Assembly: GCF_004010195.1 (NCBI RefSeq)
Contig: NC_057728.1
Coordinates: 46,062,091-46,116,012 of the forward strand
Direction of reading: 5' to 3'
DNA from: Chiloscyllium plagiosum
Taxonomy: Eukaryota
Length of the DNA: 53,922 bases
Position numbers and translations under genes: made by a program. This document shows positions 51,000 through 53,922 of this stretch, in pieces (the stretch's first letter is position 1; each line of letters starts with the position of its first letter). The notes below the pieces were generated by a model that saw only the letters and a list, made by a program, of their open reading frames with translations, did not search any database and was not told the origin of the DNA.

Positions 51000-52800
51000 G
51001 CCATCAGTAAGAATGGATTGCTGAATGAACAGCTCTTTCCAGTGATGATCAGAAATATCCACAAAACAAAAAGTTCTCAAAGACAAGTTCAACACATTTC
51101 AACTTATGACATACAGAAAGTAATCCTCAGAGTTTATTGACCAGTTTGGATGAAGATGGCACAACAAAGGACATGAGTGTGGTTTTCCAAACAGGAGAAG
51201 TCAGAGAGGCTCATTAGTCCTCAGCTCTACCTAAATTAAAGCCTTTTGAAAGGATCTTTTGGATAAGAAAAAAGGGCCTTACCATGTGAGGGATTACTTG
51301 AAGATTGAAGCCACTGTGACAGGCCAAAACATAATTATGTGCTTTGGGTGTAGCCAACATTATTGCTATGATCAGTAAAGCACACCAAACCAATAGAAAC
51401 TATAGCAAATGGAATTTGTCATACCTACCCAGGAACCTTTCGGGATATCTGCAAAGAATGTGAACCAAAGGGTCATTGAGCACATAAATGCAGGAAATGT
51501 GGTTCCAAAGGTCAATTCAGAACCTAGTTAAAAAAGTGGTAACCAACAAATGATACAACCCCTCAACACTGGCAGCAAAGCCTGTGCTAAGAAAGTACAA
51601 AAATGTAATCACATTGATGAGATTCAGCATCAACTAAGCTAGAGACAATGTTCAGAAGGTGACCAGGCTCTGCTGTTATGACGCTGGGTAAATGCCACCC
51701 CCCTGCTATTTTAAACCAACAACTCAGAAAAAATTTAAAGTTCGAGATTCCCAAGAACTATCCCAAAGGCCACTGTTTGAAGTAAAAATTAACAACTTTA
51801 TTTTTTAAAAGTCTAACAGAGAATCATTAACTAACAACTATTTACAACTCATTTATCTAAACATATCATTTACCTTCCCCTCCACAATACCAGTCCGATA
51901 AAATCCCCGATTAAGATTTACAGAAAAATTCAAATTTCTAAACTAGCCAGCTGTTGAATCTTCTCTGTAGATTTGCTCTCCAGGTCGTTGTCAATCTTTT
52001 TTCTTGTGCAAACTCCTTCTCTAGACAAGTACCTCTCAGAGAGTTCTGACTAACAGCCTACATCTGTCGGTCTTTTGGCAGTTCTCCCCCAACCGTTCAA
52101 TTTTCCCTAGTCTTATACCCCAAAGCAACAGATTGTTTCATTGGTTTTTAATATTGTCAATATCCTAAATTCAAACTTGATTGGAGGTTGGTATTTTGGG
52201 GTATAATTTAAACTGATTGGCTAAATTTGAATTTGTTTTTATCTCCAGGCAATCCAGCCAGTGCTGGCTGTTCCAAACCAGAAGTTACATCGTAAATTCT
52301 CCAGCATTCTGTGTGCTTCTCTAAGCCCTTGCTAGCTGTCTTAAAGATACACCTTCATAACACTTCAGATTGGAAACCTCATGTGCCAAGTCAACATAAT
52401 AAAGTGATGAGAAGGTTTTTATGGCCTTTACCATCAAATGTACTTAAAGTGCAGGTTAACATACATTAAAAACTAAAACTGACTGAGAGCTAGTCAACAT
52501 ACTACTCTATGTACCATGCAAAATTTCAATCTCAGCAAGTGGTGCTCCGTGGTACAACCTACGAAAGAACCAGTGTTTAATGGATCACCAGAGAACTGAC
52601 ATAATCACACTGCAGTGCAAATATACAAGCACACCTTGTCTTTCCAAACTCTTCTATTTAGTAGATACCAACAATCTTGCAGTGGCAGGATCTACCAATA
52701 TGCATAAACCTTGGTTTTGGCACAATTCGTGAGATTCAAACCACATTCCCAGTGGTGGAACAGACCACAGCTGATGCAAGTGAATCAGCCAACAATCTCA
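51000..52800 (+). mobile_element. Possible highly decayed LTR-retrotransposon internal sequence, interrupted by a solo LTR
   Basis: Only a KPFERIF (PFER..D-like) trace near 51239; otherwise not resolvable. Confidence 0.25.
51674..52362 (-). mobile_element. Solo LTR (689 bp)
   Basis: TGTTATGA...TCATAACA termini; TSD ctgc/cttc; minus-strand CCAAT (about 52215), GGGGTATAAGA (about 52115) and AATAAA (about 51800) in LTR order. Confidence 0.85.
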
Positions 52801-52964
52801 CCTGTAGCACAGAGAAGTTGAGGTGAATTGCAATTTTAACAGTGATGCAATATTGTTTCTTAAGGATGGTATAACTTCATTTGTTTATCTAAGGAAGGCA
52901 GAATGTACATTCCAGAGAGGCTTAAAGTGAAACTGCACCAAACAGAGTGAAATTATTTAATTCA

Positions 52965-53510
52965 GCACACAGATTGGTGTAAAATACTTGGTCCCCTTAC
53001 TTAAGCCAAGATATTGTGATACTGGAGGCCATCCAAAGAAGGTGTACTTGTTTGATTCTGGGTCTGCAGATATTTTATTGTGATGTGAGATTAACTTGGT
53101 TGGGATTGTATTCTTTGGAATTTAGAAGAATGAGAGAAGACATTATTGAAACATGGAAGAATTTTAGGGCACTTGATAAGATAGCTGTGGAGAGGATGTT
53201 TCCTCTTGGGTAAGAATCTAGGACTAAAGGATATAATCTCAGAATAATGGGTAGCTTATTTAAGACAGAAATGAGAAGGGATGTGAATCTATGGAATTAT
53301 TTAGCCAAGAGGGCTGTTGAGGCTGGGTCATTAAGAGTATTGCAGGCTGAGATAGTCAGACTTGTAATCTGGTCAAAGGGCATCAAAGGTCATGAAGATA
53401 AGACAGGAAAGTGGAAGTGAGGATTCTTAGATCAGCTGTGATCTCAAATAATGGCAGAGCTGACTTGATAGGCCAAACATCCCCCTCTCACTCCTATGTT
53501 TTCGGGTCTT
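52965..53510 (+). mobile_element. Old CR1 3' fragment
   Basis: LEAIQRRCTCLI..LGLYSLEFRRMREDIIETWK; 3' UTR. Confidence 0.85.
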
Positions 53511-53675
53511 ACGGTTGAAACAAATGCTAAATGGGATAAAGAGGATCAGCAATATTGCCCTGGATTTTTAAAATTCCTTTCATGATATGTTCCTAATTTA
53601 ATGGAAAAGGTACTTTTGCTGAGAGATTTGCTCCAGAAGGATGTCCTCTTTGTATGGGAAGGTGATCACTAATAT

Positions 53676-53922
53676 ATAGAACATAGAACATAGAACATAG
53701 AACATAGAACAATACAGCACAGAACAGGCCCTTCGGCCCACGATGTTGTGCCGAACATTTGTCCTAGCTTAAGCACCCATCCATGTACCTATCCAATTGC
53801 CGCTTAAAGGTCACCAAAGATTCTGACTCTACCACTCCCACAGGCAGCGCATTCCATGCCCCCACCACTCTCTGGGTAAAGAACCCACCCCTAACATCTC
53901 CCCGATACCTTCCACCCTTCAC
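53676..53922 (-). mobile_element. Young CR1/HER1 3' end with (ATAGAAC)x5 tail; runs off window end
   Basis: Heptamer tandem 53676-53710; similar to 37959-38155. Confidence 0.92.

Noticed and set aside
53676..53710. Short tandem array as CRISPR-like or satellite
   Set aside because: Spacer-less heptamer that is the CR1 3' tail; no CRISPR or prokaryotic features anywhere in the window.

Overview
Eukaryotic, repeat-rich non-coding DNA, almost certainly from a shark (cartilaginous fish). The basis is HE1/V-SINEs, HER1/CR1 LINEs and Penelope-like elements (PLEs) throughout. There is one 564-nt N gap (24388-24951). No intact host gene or intact autonomous element can be demonstrated, and nearly all ORF-track entries are decayed transposon frames or chance ORFs. 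Main contents: many CR1/HER1 fragments, HE1 SINEs, an L2/CR1-type LINE family, two PLE families (two copies arranged as long inverted repeats), Gypsy integrase remnants and solo LTRs. Most notable: (1) minimal hammerhead ribozyme motifs (CTGANGA-stem II-GAAAC-GTC) in the PLE termini and in tiny TSD-flanked PLE derivatives, whose boundaries or inversion points repeatedly fall at the ribozyme core; (2) a 214-bp palindromic TG..CA element with a 4-bp TSD, built from two inverted copies of an LTR 5' end; (3) a weak candidate minus-strand spliced transcript near 44.3-50.3 kb. Family names come from motif recognition by eye, not from database searches.
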